A stretch of 64,000 nt of DNA from Camelus dromedarius (Eukaryota): NCBI RefSeq assembly GCF_036321535.1, contig NC_087437.1, positions 14,510,001-14,574,000 of the forward strand. The letters run 5' to 3'. The notes under the pieces are model-generated. The model made no database searches and was not told where the DNA came from. It saw only the letters and a program-made list of their open reading frames with translations. Shown here in pieces: positions 26,712-38,148 of the stretch (the stretch's first letter is position 1; each line of letters begins with the position of its first letter). Made by a program: the position numbers and the translations under genes.

Positions 26712-28777
26712 CATAGACTAAAGAAGGGCTATCCTGGAGCTGAAGATGCTTTCAGCTTCCCTCTACCACGTGAGCTGCCTGGTGATAAAATGAATCTTGG
26801 AACAAAATCAAGGTCAGTTAGGAAGGAAGAGGAGGAGAGAAGATACCGTGAAGGGAACCAGCAGAATCACAGTGCTGTTGGGTTAGGAACTGGCAGAACT
26901 TTCATGTTCCTCTTCAGGATACACTGGAAGTCCGTTTTTACTCTTTTAAGAAAGGGCACAAGGAATGAACCAGCCAAGATTATAAAGCAAAGAGAAAACA
27001 CAAGAGTGGCCCTTGGTCCTGACTGTTCACTGCAGTGGGCCCATTTTAGAACTTGATTTTCTAAGTAAGACTATTTCTTCCTCATTACGTGCTGGATAAT
27101 TCTTTTGCAAATCAAGAATTTGAGGCTGGATTTTTTTTATTATGAAAAAAATTGCAAATATTCTCTAGGGAGAACAGGTCTCTTGGGTTCTAAAGTTTAA
27201 TTCATTCACACAGAAAAAAATTGAGGCGGTAACACTTTGAAGTGTGATGGGAAGTTTATGCATCCTAAGTCCTTGAAAGTGTCATATTGATTTAATGTCT
27301 TTTACATTCTAAGTTATGATTTTTAAATTTATGTAAGTCAACAGCTGTCTTACATAGACTGAACAAACCTTAGTAAGATATTCTCATTATAAGCAATGCC
27401 AGTGAAGACTGAGGAACAAACTAGCTTAAAGAAACTCCATTTTATGACTTTGGAGTATATTCCATTACATAGTTGGCAGGAATGTAGGTGAAGAAAGTCA
27501 TGTTCACACTTAGGAGAGCTGTTGACTCATGCAGATTTAAATGTTAACTCTTAATGAGTAAATTCAGTTTTATATATGAAAGGACTTTTGCTAAAACATA
27601 TGGTGGAAGAGAGCATGGAATTTGGATTTGAAGAATGTACTTTGAGCTCGCCCGTCTTCTCTTAGTAGTTCTGTGACTCTACACAGAGTGCTTAACTTCC
27701 CAGAGCTGCCTCATTTGCCTTAACTGCGGTACACAGATGACGAGTATAATGTCTCCCCTGAGGACTGTTGCGAGAGTTAGGTGATCAGGGCATAAAATCA
27801 TTTCATAAGTTGTAAAATGCCTTCCAAACATGAATTGTCATTTTACTACTGTTTTTAAATAACTTAATTATTTATTTTGTTACTAAATTGTACTATTATT
27901 TAGTAAATTCCATTTAAAATTTCTGAAAAAGGAAATGTGAAGGACAGTCTAGCTTGTCCTCACCCAGCCCTTCTGTGTGCATCTCAGCCTGGCCTCTACA
28001 TCAGTCCTGACCTGGCAGCACTACGTCTCCCCAGTTGCCAGGGAACTTAATGATGCAGGGGGAAGACCTGTTGTTTCTCACAGTTTTGCCCCACTTGGCT
28101 ACGAGGCCTGGACATCATGCTGCTGGCTGATTCCACTAGCAGCTCCAAAGGAAACTTTCATGACATGCACATCTCTTGGGATAAGAACACGAGTCAGTGT
28201 TACATTCTGAAACACCGGATGTCACAGGCTTCTGTCATGGCTCTAAGTTAATTACCAAGTGATAGTTCTTTTCTACTAAGAACATTAGCAGATAATTCTG
28301 ATTGAGATATCCAGGGCACAGATGCCCAGATAGGCAAGGTGCCTGAGAAGCAGACAAAATCTAAATTTTGTCGTGGGGAAAACTCTCACATAAATTCTTA
28401 AATCGCAAGCAATTTGCAGGTAGAGCTCTTCCCGAATGAATGAGCTATCGAGAATGGAATTCTTAGGAGACATCCCTGCTTTAAACCCCTGTCCACAACC
28501 CCGGGGTAGATCATTTGGTACCCCTCTGTTTTCATTATCTTTTGACTCGTGTTCACAAAGAATCTACTATGTTCCAGGTAGTGTCCTAGGTACTGGGAAT
28601 GAAAGGATGTGAGCCTTTCCCTCCATGAGCTCCAGGCTAGTGTAGAGAGAGGCTCCACCCAGAAAACTGAGTACGAACATGATTCATTGTGACCCCTTAT
28701 CAGACAGAGTGCCTGCTTCATGTATGGCTTTGGGGAAAATTCTGTGGATTAAAAAGAGATATAAGGCCTAACCTTTA

Positions 28778-28804
28778 TAAAAAATGTTAAAAAAAAAAAA
28801 AAAA
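28778..28804 (+). mobile_element. Extremely 5'-truncated L1 (about 11 terminal nt plus poly-A)
   Basis: TAAAAAATGTT(A)16 equals the terminus of the L1s ending near 38140 and 10150; TSD AAGGCCTAACCTTTA (28763-28777) / AAGACCTAACCTTTA (28805-28819). Confidence 0.8.
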
Positions 28805-31800
28805 AAGACCTAACCTTTACTCTCAGGAAGCTTACTGTATAATCAAGAAGACAGGTACAGAAGATAAAAAGAAGATAGTATGTTTTAGGGTATAATAAGG
28901 AACCACGGATCAAGCCATGTTCTTAAGTACAGCTTAACTAGTAATAAAAGTGATGTTTTGATTCAACTTCTGACTCCTCTATGTGTGTATGTGTTTTAAT
29001 GGATTCCAAGCTTGGAGCAAGGCAGTGATTCGTCCCTGTAATCAGCACTGCAACCAAAAGAGACTAGTGAAAACAAGCTGTTCATATTTCACAAAGCGTT
29101 TCCCCATCCTGACAACCCCGTTACTGGGCGCCATTTGTATCACCACGTTGCCACTAAGGAAATGGAAACACAAAGGAGCCAAGTGTTGTGCCCAAGATCC
29201 TGCAAGGAACCTGGACCCAGGTCTTCTTACTCCCAGTCCAATATCTTTTCCCACAGCCTAGCCTCCCATGTTTTATCTAAATCGCCAGCCTTGTCCTGGG
29301 AATACTGTACGACCCACTGAGGAAAGTTGTGTCATCGGATCGTGTGTTTCTTCTTGGAGTGTTTCAACTTCAGTCGGTGAACTCCTGTAGCCTTTCCCTC
29401 GCAATAGGCCTCATCTTGTTCTAGCAGCTTTGGTGATTGGTCTTTTTGTCATCCCCACCCTCACCCTCAGTCTGTTTAAACAAATAAAACAAACAGTAGC
29501 AGGATTGGGGTGTTGGCTCCCAGTTCAGACATTGGCTGGGTAATATTTGGGAAAGGAAATGTTGCGCTCCATTGGGGCAGTGGGCCATTCCTTTCATAAG
29601 CCGATGAATCGAGTCCATTTACCCTCATTATTCCTTAGTTAGCAAGCTCTGGTTGTGCCCTCCTTATGGCTATATTTTTAGAAGTCTTAGATTATTATAG
29701 CAACTGTGAAAAAGGATGGGAAAAGAAATCTGGCTCCCAATATACATCTGCTTAATTGTTTCTTGAATTAAATGTGTCTTCATCTAGCCCTCAAAGAATG
29801 CTGCACCCATTCCTGCTGCTGATTGAAAGCCGCTCCCTTGTGTGGTTGCTGAGGGGGCTACCAGATGATGAGAGATGCTTCAGGCTGCTGCTGGTCCTCC
29901 CCCTCCTCCAGCTGTTTATTCTGGGTACCAGGTGGGACCAGGAGGGTAGAGGTGGACAAGGCCAGATAGAATGCGTCGATAACTATGACATGACATCTCC
30001 CTCACAGTGCCAAGTGAAACATTAGCAATTTGTGTTGAGTCTGATATTCTAAGTCATGGCGTTTAAGCCTCATTCCAGCTGATGAGGCTGTAATGGGACA
30101 GCCCCGCTGTGCATTGGAGAGTGACAAGGGATTCAGGAATAAACAAATATGACACACTGTTGGGCAGCAGAGGGCAGGGAATGTGAGCCCTCACACGGTT
30201 TCTCTCACACTGTGGTTAATTATAGAAAATCTCTGAAGGCATTGTAGAGGGAATAGCCAGAGTAGGTAATACTCGGAGCAGGAAGGGTATAAACTGATGT
30301 TTTACTGCCACCTCCAAGGTCCTGCTGCAGCTATCTCTCCCCCACCTGCCCTGCTGCTGTCCTGAGGGCCTCGCTTTCTGTCTCCTCCCCACCCCTGCCT
30401 CAGACTTCTACCTTGGTTTCTCTACCTGGCACTCCAATTTTCTGCAGTTTCCCCTGCCATTTCCAGTCTCCCCTGCCATAAACCCACCTCTGAGGGTTGC
30501 CCACTGAGCTTCTGCCAGCATCTTCCCCTACAGAACTGGATTCTGTTTCCCACAAGCCCCCAGCACCGAGGGCCTGCCCAGACTGGTCACCCAGAGCTGA
30601 GACAGGGAAGCAGACTGGCCTGAAGTTTTAGGTATTTCTAGGATGCAGGGCCAAGCTCTCATGACCTGTCCAGGCTGAGGCCAATATGACATATTCCACT
30701 GTGCTTGCCAAGTTGTCCACAGCAGCGTTGTCTGTATCTTCTGCGTTTTCTCCTGCCCCTTCTGCCCAGACTTGGCTCTTCTTTCACATCATCACTGATT
30801 CCCGGCTGAGGGACCACCATGCCTTCCTGCCAAGCCCACCCAACATAGCTCATTTTCTTTCAGCACTGGCAGTATTTCAAGAGAAAAAAATTGCAAGATT
30901 TGGTCATGGGACCAGTGAAGAAACACATTTTGTGTTTTGTTTCCCTGGAAGAAAGATGATACAGCCCAGTGAGGAGAAGGAAGGTGATAAAAATATTTTG
31001 AAGGTGGTTAGAATCCTGGAGTAATGAAGAATGAAGAAATGCAGATAACGGAGTACAAGGAGTTAGAAAAATGGTCATAGTTGAGTCCAGAGATATGAAG
31101 ATATGAGGAAATGAGATCAGGGTGGCAGAAGGCTAGAGAAAGAGGAAGAGAAATGAGGAATGGAAAATTAGAGTTGAAAGGATAGAGAAGTTTTTTAATC
31201 AACCCCTTATCCTGTGGTTATAGATCATAATGATGTGGGCAGTTTTAATTCATTATATTATATCTGCTATTTAATACAGTTTTCATAATAGAGTAAAAGT
31301 CCCCAAAAGCCCAACATACGGTACTCTGAAAACCCCATTAATTTGCAAATATCCTGCAAAATCCTGTTGTTTAGCTACTAAGACTGTCTACCAGCTGCAC
31401 AAGTAGACTGTTCGGGTGAATTTCAACAGGGGTTTGGGGTATCAAAAAAACATAATCAAGGAAGCAGCCAGACCTTAGTGATGAGTTTTCCAGTTCATCG
31501 GAGACTCCTCCAATAGTGACATCAACTGTTGAGCCTTAGTTGTCGCCATGGCTACTTAGATGCCACTGGGATAACCCTGATCATCTTTATCCCATGACTG
31601 ATGACGTTTTAGAGGTATGTTCATCTGATTCGGAACCCAGCTATAAGAAGCACCATCATGTTAAATTAATTCTGTAGCAATCAATTTTCTTCACATTAAA
31701 GAATAAAGAGCTTTTCAATTTTTTGAATAATACGTTAAGTAACTGTAATGTGTACAGTAGAAAACTTTTTAATAAGAAAAGGAAATTTTATTTTATGACA

Positions 31801-31824
31801 AATGCAGTAGTTATATGTATTTTT

Positions 31825-32520
31825 CTAGCTTTATTGAGATATAATTGACATATAACATTGTATAAGTTTAAAGTGTACGTGTTGGTTTGATAAACCTATA
31901 TTGCAAAATGATCACTACTATAGTGCTAGTTATACTTGCATTATGACATATAATTACCATTTCTTTTTTTAGGATGAGACTAGACTATTTAAGATCTACT
32001 TATTCTCTTAGCAAATTTCAAGTATATAATAGAGTATTATTAACTATAATCACCATGCTATATGTTAGTTTCTCAGAATTTATTTATCTTATAACTGGAA
32101 GTTTGTGCTCTTTAACCAACATCACCTCCTTTCTCCCAGACCCCTGGTAACCACTGTTCTAGTCTCTGTTTCTATGACTTCAGCATTTTAGATTCCACAT
32201 ATAAGTGAGATCATGCAAGTATTTGTCTTTCTCTGACTTTTTTCACTTAATTTAGTGTCCTCAAGTTCCATCCGTTTCATCACAAATGGCAGGATGTCTT
32301 TCTTTCTCATAGCTGAATAATATTCCATTGTGTGGATATAGATACATACACTATATACATTTATTTATATATATATATTTTTATATATATAGTATATTCT
32401 TTATCTATTCATCCATTGACAGACATTTAGGTTGTTTCCATATCTTAGGTATTATGAATAATGCTGCAGTGAACATGGGAGTACAGATATCTGTTTGAGA
32501 TTCTGTTATTTTCTTTGGAT
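31825..32520 (-). mobile_element. L1 (L1MA-type) 3'UTR with an internal TA-rich tract
   Basis: AGCTTTATTGAGATATAATTGACATATAACATTG..TAGATTCCACATATAAGTGAGATCATG..GCTGCAGTGAACATGGGAGTACAGATATCT; ends abruptly at 32520. Confidence 0.88.
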
Positions 32521-32736
32521 GTGTTCCTTTACATGACATGTTTAGGACCCCTTCAGTGCTGCAGCCAGGTTTACAATTTAGTTCTTAAAATCACCTCTCC
32601 AGTTACCTACTTCTCATACCTAGTGGAATTAACCAGCATCTCTATGAGATCACACCCATTATATTTTTCCTTTTATTTTCTTTAATACTCACAGTGACCA
32701 TAAAAGCATAGTATGCACAGAAGATGCTGAGGACAC
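32521..32736 (-). repeat. Inverted duplication, arm 1 (216 bp)
   Basis: Reverse complement of 34837-35052 with 3 mismatches and no gaps by manual alignment. Confidence 0.95.
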
Positions 32737-32985
32737 TGTCTTCAGTGCTGGCCTCCAGGACCATCACAGAAGGGAGAAAGATATTGGATACTTACCCTTC
32801 TCTGCCTAGAAGTAATACACATGAATTTCTACTCCCATCCCATTGGCTCAGTTTAGTCTTATGGCCCCATCTAGATGCAGGGAGACTGGGAAATGCTGTG
32901 TGTAGCTGTGCAGCCACTTCCCGGGAACAAGTACACACTGTGGGAGGGAAGCATGAATCTTGGATAGTCGATGAGTCATCTCTGT
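32737..32985 (-). mobile_element. Truncated MLT1 LTR fragment
   Basis: CCCATTGGCTCAGTTTAGTCTTATGGCCCCATCTAGATGCAGGGAGACTGGGAAATG. Confidence 0.65.
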
Positions 32986-34614
32986 GTTCTTGGCTCTATG
33001 CTTAAAACCCTAGGTGGAAGGATAACGAACTAATGAAACAAGACAGCCTGACAAGCATTTGCTCCTTCCGACAGCCTGCAGTATAGAGTAAAATAAAGGC
33101 AGTAGGCATGCTTCTTAGAAATAATTAGTTCTAACCACCCTTGCTGTGTAACTCCCACAGCACTGTTTCACTAACAGTTTTCTATTATGGAGTTCTGTTA
33201 CCATCACTGCCATCCTCTGCTGATGTGAGTGCCCTTGAAGTAAATGAGTGAGTGACCAGAACCACATTAATTTCAGGTTTTGATAGACTCATGGGAGTAA
33301 ATATTGCTGTTCACAGATTGAGAAGGATGAAAGGAAAGTAAAACATGATTCATTTCAACTCCCTGCCATGCTAGTATTAATAGAGCTGAAAAAGTCTGGG
33401 TCTGTGAGATGAATGGAAACAGGGCTATTATTTAAGGTTATTCAGGCTGTGAACTGCACAGCGGTAGGGGCACTATTCACATGTAGACTGTGTTAATGCT
33501 GTCCTCCTGGAATTATGTGGCTATTCTGTAAAGGACTGAAGGAAATTTTTAGCAATGTAATAGTAAGAAAAAAGTGTTTTAAACACAGTTTATGATGCTT
33601 TAACTCAAAGTTCACATTGGGACCCAGCAGATCACTTTCTTTTTAGATTTTTCTGATTTAAGTTCTGATCAAGTTTTTCTTGAAATAGTATATAAGGAAG
33701 TCTTGACTCATAAGCAAATATTTCATGTTTCTGTGAACAAATAGAAAATAAAATCAAGGAGAGAGCTGAGAACATAATGAAAGGCAGAGAAACGGAAGAT
33801 GGAAGGGTCAAGTAGCTATGACATTTTGTAATTTAAATGAGTAGAAGGGGAGCCTCTCTGAGGCTCTGATCATTCATCTGTGAAACAGGAGGCTTAAACC
33901 AGGAGGTCTCTGACATCCTTTCCTGTGTACGGTATTCAGAGAAACAGAATGTAGAGTGATCTACTGCAGAAGTTTCTATTTTACGCAAGAAATATCTCAT
34001 ATAACAAGAAGAATAGTTCCGTAACAGGGACATTGATCTGTGCGTCGGAAAAGCTGGATTCTGATACTGACTCTGCTACTAATACTGCTCTAACACTGCT
34101 GTCAATTATTTCATCTTGCCAAGCCTCAGTGTACCCATTTCTAAGGAATCTCAGTTTATCTACCTATAAAAAGAATATTTAAAAAAGACCATCACATTTT
34201 CTACAAGATTGTTCCTACTCTTAATATTCTCTGTTTCTAGAATCTAAAATTGGGTGGATGTTTTTGCCCTAAAATAAAGAAAAAGATCCTAAGTGTCATT
34301 AAATCTCCACACTGAGTCGGATTACGTGGGAAAAGCTCACTAAAGAAGAATAGAAGTAAGGGCCGTGTGTGGTCTTTTCTGTTAGCCCATCCCTGGTGTT
34401 ACTGCTTATCAAACATGTACTAAACTACTTAACTCTTTAGGTATGATCAGATTTATACAGACAAGTGAGATGCATGCCACCCTTCTGATAGGCTTTTTGA
34501 GTTCTAATCTGTCTGTAGGAATACTTCTTTTGCGAGAGATCCATTTAATTTCACCTGTTTTCATTGTTGACCAAGCTTTCCTTGACTGGCTGATAGTCAT
34601 CTTTCAAAATGTGT

Positions 34615-34831
34615 TTTGTATATTTGAAATTTGCTAAAAGAATAGATCTTAAACATTCTCGCCACCAAAAAAAGAAAAAGGTATTTGAGATGATGAATAG
34701 ATTAATTAGCTTGACTGTGGTGCTTATTTCACAAAATATGAAAATATCATGGTGTATACTTTAAATCCATACAATTTTCGTTTGTCTTGTGTACCTCAGT
34801 AAAGCTGGGTTAAAATACAAAAACAAAATAA
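34615..34831 (+). mobile_element. L1 (L1MA/MB-type) 3' end
   Basis: TTGAAATTTGCTAAAAGAATAGATCTTAAACATTCTC..TACCTCAGTAAAGCTGG plus A-rich tail; possible TSD AAAATGTGT at 34606-34614 and 34832-34840. Confidence 0.82.
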
Positions 34832-34836
34832 AAAAT

Positions 34837-35052
34837 GTGTCCTCAGCATCTTCTGTGCATACTAGGCTTTTATGGTCACTGTGAGTATTAAAGAAAATAA
34901 AAGGAAAAATATAATAGGTGTGATCTCATAGAGATACTGGTTAATTCCACTAGGTATGAGAAGTAGGTAACTGGAGAGGTGATTTTAAGAACTAAATTGT
35001 AAACCTGGCTGCAGCACTGAAGGGGTCCTAAACATGTCATGTAAAGGAACAC
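34837..35052 (+). repeat. Inverted duplication, arm 2 (216 bp)
   Basis: Reverse complement of 32521-32736, 213/216 identical. Confidence 0.95.
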
Positions 35053-35614
35053 GAGCCATATGCCCATAAAGGAACATATAAAAGATATTTATTAAATATT
35101 TGTAGTTTGGATCAATGTGCTTAGGAAATATCCACCTGCAGCAAAGGCGGCCAGTAAACAAACTATCAGTCACTGTTATGGCTATAAGTGGAGCAAATAG
35201 TAGTAAAAGCTGCCTCCCTTGAGAAAATTTCTAGCCACAGTCTTGTTTCCTTACAGTTTGGATTTTGAATTCATATTACATGTTCCGTATGGGTTACTCT
35301 GACAGGAGATATAAATAAAAATAATTCCAATGATAGCACCTTCTGGGAGCCAGCCAAAGCAAATGGAAATTCTCTTGGTAGGAAAGCATCCTCAACCAAA
35401 GGGCCTCAGGACACCTACAGATTAACTTTAGCCAAATACAAGATCTCAATGACAATGTTGTCAAATATATAAGGAAACGAGCTGTGATAGTGGGAGTCAG
35501 CAAAAGAGAGACTCTGGAGGGAAAGGAAAGGGAAGGAGGGTGGGGGGAGAGAGATTGATTTAGATTGCCAAGAATTTTAGCTATTGGAAAGATGAGATAC
35601 TGAGTATGAACTCA

Positions 35615-36199
35615 CTGGTATTCTCATAATCTGTCAGTGTTTAGTAAATTACCCCAGAATTCAGTGGCATAAAACAGCCATTTGTTATGTTCATGGAGTC
35701 TGTGGGTCAGGAACTCAGGATCCAGGCGGAGTGGTCTGTGTCTGCTCTGTGTTGTCTGGGTCCACGGCTGGATGGCTGGAAGCCTGGAAGCCTGGAAGGA
35801 CTCAGCCACTGGCTGCTGCCATACTCTGAAAGCTCCTTCACTCTGTTTCCCATGGTTCATGGTAGTTGTGATTGAGACCTTAGCTGGAGTTATCAGGCAG
35901 GACATCCAAATGTGGCCTCGCCTCATGGCCTGGGCTTCCTCACAGCCTGGTGTCTAGTCTCCAGAGCATCTGCAGAGAGAGCCAGGCAGAAGCTGTATCA
36001 CTGTTTCTAACCTAGCCCCAGAGTCCTGACGCATGACTTCCCCAGCATCCTTTTCGTCAAGGAAATCACAAAGGCCTGGCCGGGTTTGAGGGAAGGGGAA
36101 ATAGACTTCACCTCCTGATGAGGGTTGGCAAGGTTCTGAGAGGGAATTTGATACTAGAAATATTGTTGCACCCATTTTAGGAGAAGATAATATGTCACA
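35615..36199 (-). mobile_element. MLT1 (E/F-type) LTR
   Basis: AAATTACCCCAGAATTCAGTGGCATAAAACA..TCTGTGGGTCAGGAA..GGGCTTCCTCACAGCCTGGTG..GAGCCAGGCAGAAGCTGTATC. Confidence 0.78.
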
Positions 36200-36209
36200 A
36201 TAGGTAAAA

Positions 36210-37362
36210 ATATTTGAACAAATAAGAGATGAAAAATGGGGTAGGGGGTTCATGAGATAATAGACTATTAAAATTGACCAGTTAAATTTGAAAAAAGAAC
36301 CAGCTGGAACTTACAAAATTACAAACTATGTAATCATTGGAATTTGAAACTCAGCAGATGGATTAAATAGCAGATTAAATATCTTTCAAAAAGGATTAAT
36401 GCACTGGAACACGGAGCTTAAGAAATCACCTGAAATATGTTATGGAGAAATAGTAAGGTACAAAATTTGAAAGATAGATTGAGACATGGAAGATAGCTTA
36501 CGAAGGCCTAATTGGTATGATTAAGGCTTTGGGAAGGAGAGAATAGAGTCAGTGAGGGAGAAGAAATATTGGAAGACACAATAGCTCAGAATATTTTCTA
36601 GGATGTATGCAAGGTGTAAATACCAAGATTCTGGGAGTACTGTAAGTGGGAAGCAAAAAATCAAAGGACTCCACACCTGAATATGCAAACAATGAGACTG
36701 CAGATAAAGTGATGATCTTAAAAGTAGACAGAGAAGAAGTTTACTTATAAAGGCATAACACTTAAACTGACAGTTGACTTCTCTACGGCCATTACAGCAT
36801 CCACAAAACAGTAAAATAATCTCTCTAAAATGCTGATGAATAACTGTCAATTTAAAATTATGGATACAGTGAAACGATCTTTACAGCATCAAAGCAAAAT
36901 AAAAACATTTTCAAATTTTTGGCAAATAGAGCATTTCACAGATTGACCCTCATTTACAGAATTTCCAAAATATGTGCTTCAGGAAGAAGAAAAATTTTCT
37001 CAGAAGGAGGGTCTTAAATATAGGAAGGAATAGTCACCAAAGAAACTGGCAAACACTTTTCTGCATTAAACAACATAATAATGTCTAATTTGTAAGGTCA
37101 AAAAACAAAACAAAACAAAACTGAAGAAACATACTGGAAAATAGTAGCATTTAAGTTGAGAGGGATTGAACAGAATCAAAGTCTTTTTAATTCCTTTATG
37201 GTATTTGAGAAGAAGGAAAATTCATCAGTTAACGTAGACATTGTCAAGTAAAGTAGTCATGGCAGAATTTTAAGGCAACCACTAAAAGAATAGAAATGAC
37301 AAACAAACAGAGTTAAAAAAAGTGTGATAAGAAAACAATATAGTCCAAAGGAAAGCAATTAG
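36210..37362 (+). mobile_element. Old degraded L1/HAL1 ORF1-region remnant
   Basis: A-rich; AAAAGAACCAGCTGGAACTT, AACTCAGCAGATGGATTAAATAGCAGATTA, GTGCTTCAGGAAGAAGAAAA motifs. Confidence 0.6.
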
Positions 37363-37377
37363 AAATGAACATAGAGA

Positions 37378-38148
37378 TCAGAATGGCCATCATTCAAAAG
37401 TCCACAAATGACAAATGCTGGAGAGGCTGTGGAGAAAAGGGAACCCTCCTACACTGCTGGTGGGAATGCAGTTTGGTGCAGCCACTGTGGAAAACAGTAT
37501 GGAGATTCCTCAAAAGACTAGGAAATAGACTTACCATATGACCCAGGAATCCTGCTCCTGGGCATATATCCAGAAGGAACACTACTTCAAAATGACACCT
37601 GCACCCCAATGTTCATAGCAGCACTATTTACAATAGCCAAAATGTGGAAACAGCCTAAATGTCCATCAACAGAGGACTGGATAAAGAAGTAGTGGTATAT
37701 TTATACAATGGAATACTATTCAGCCATAAAAACTGACAACATAATGCCATTTGCAGCAACATGGATGTTCCTGGAGAATGTCATTCTAAGTGAAGTAAGC
37801 CAGAAAGAGAAAGAAAAATACCATATGAGGTCGCTCATATGCAGAATTTAAAAAAAAACAGAAATACAAAACAGAAATAGACTCATAGACATAGAATACA
37901 AACTTGTGGTTGCCAGGGGGTTGGGGTCTGGGAAGGGAAAGACTGGGATTTGAAAATGTAGAATAGATAAACAAGATTGTACTGTGTAGCACAGGGAAAT
38001 ATATACAGGATCTTGTGGTGGCTCACAGCGAAAGAGAATGTGACAATGAATGTATGTATGTTCATGTATAACTGAAAAATTGTGCTCTACACTAGAATTT
38101 GACACAACATTGTAAAATGACTATAACTCAATAAAAAATGTTAAAAAA
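37378..38148 (+). mobile_element. Young 5'-truncated L1 (ORF2 C-terminus and 3'UTR)
   Basis: Encodes [30 protein letters not shown] (CCHC motif); 15-bp TSD AAATGAACATAGAGA at 37363-37377 and 38149-38163. Confidence 0.95.
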
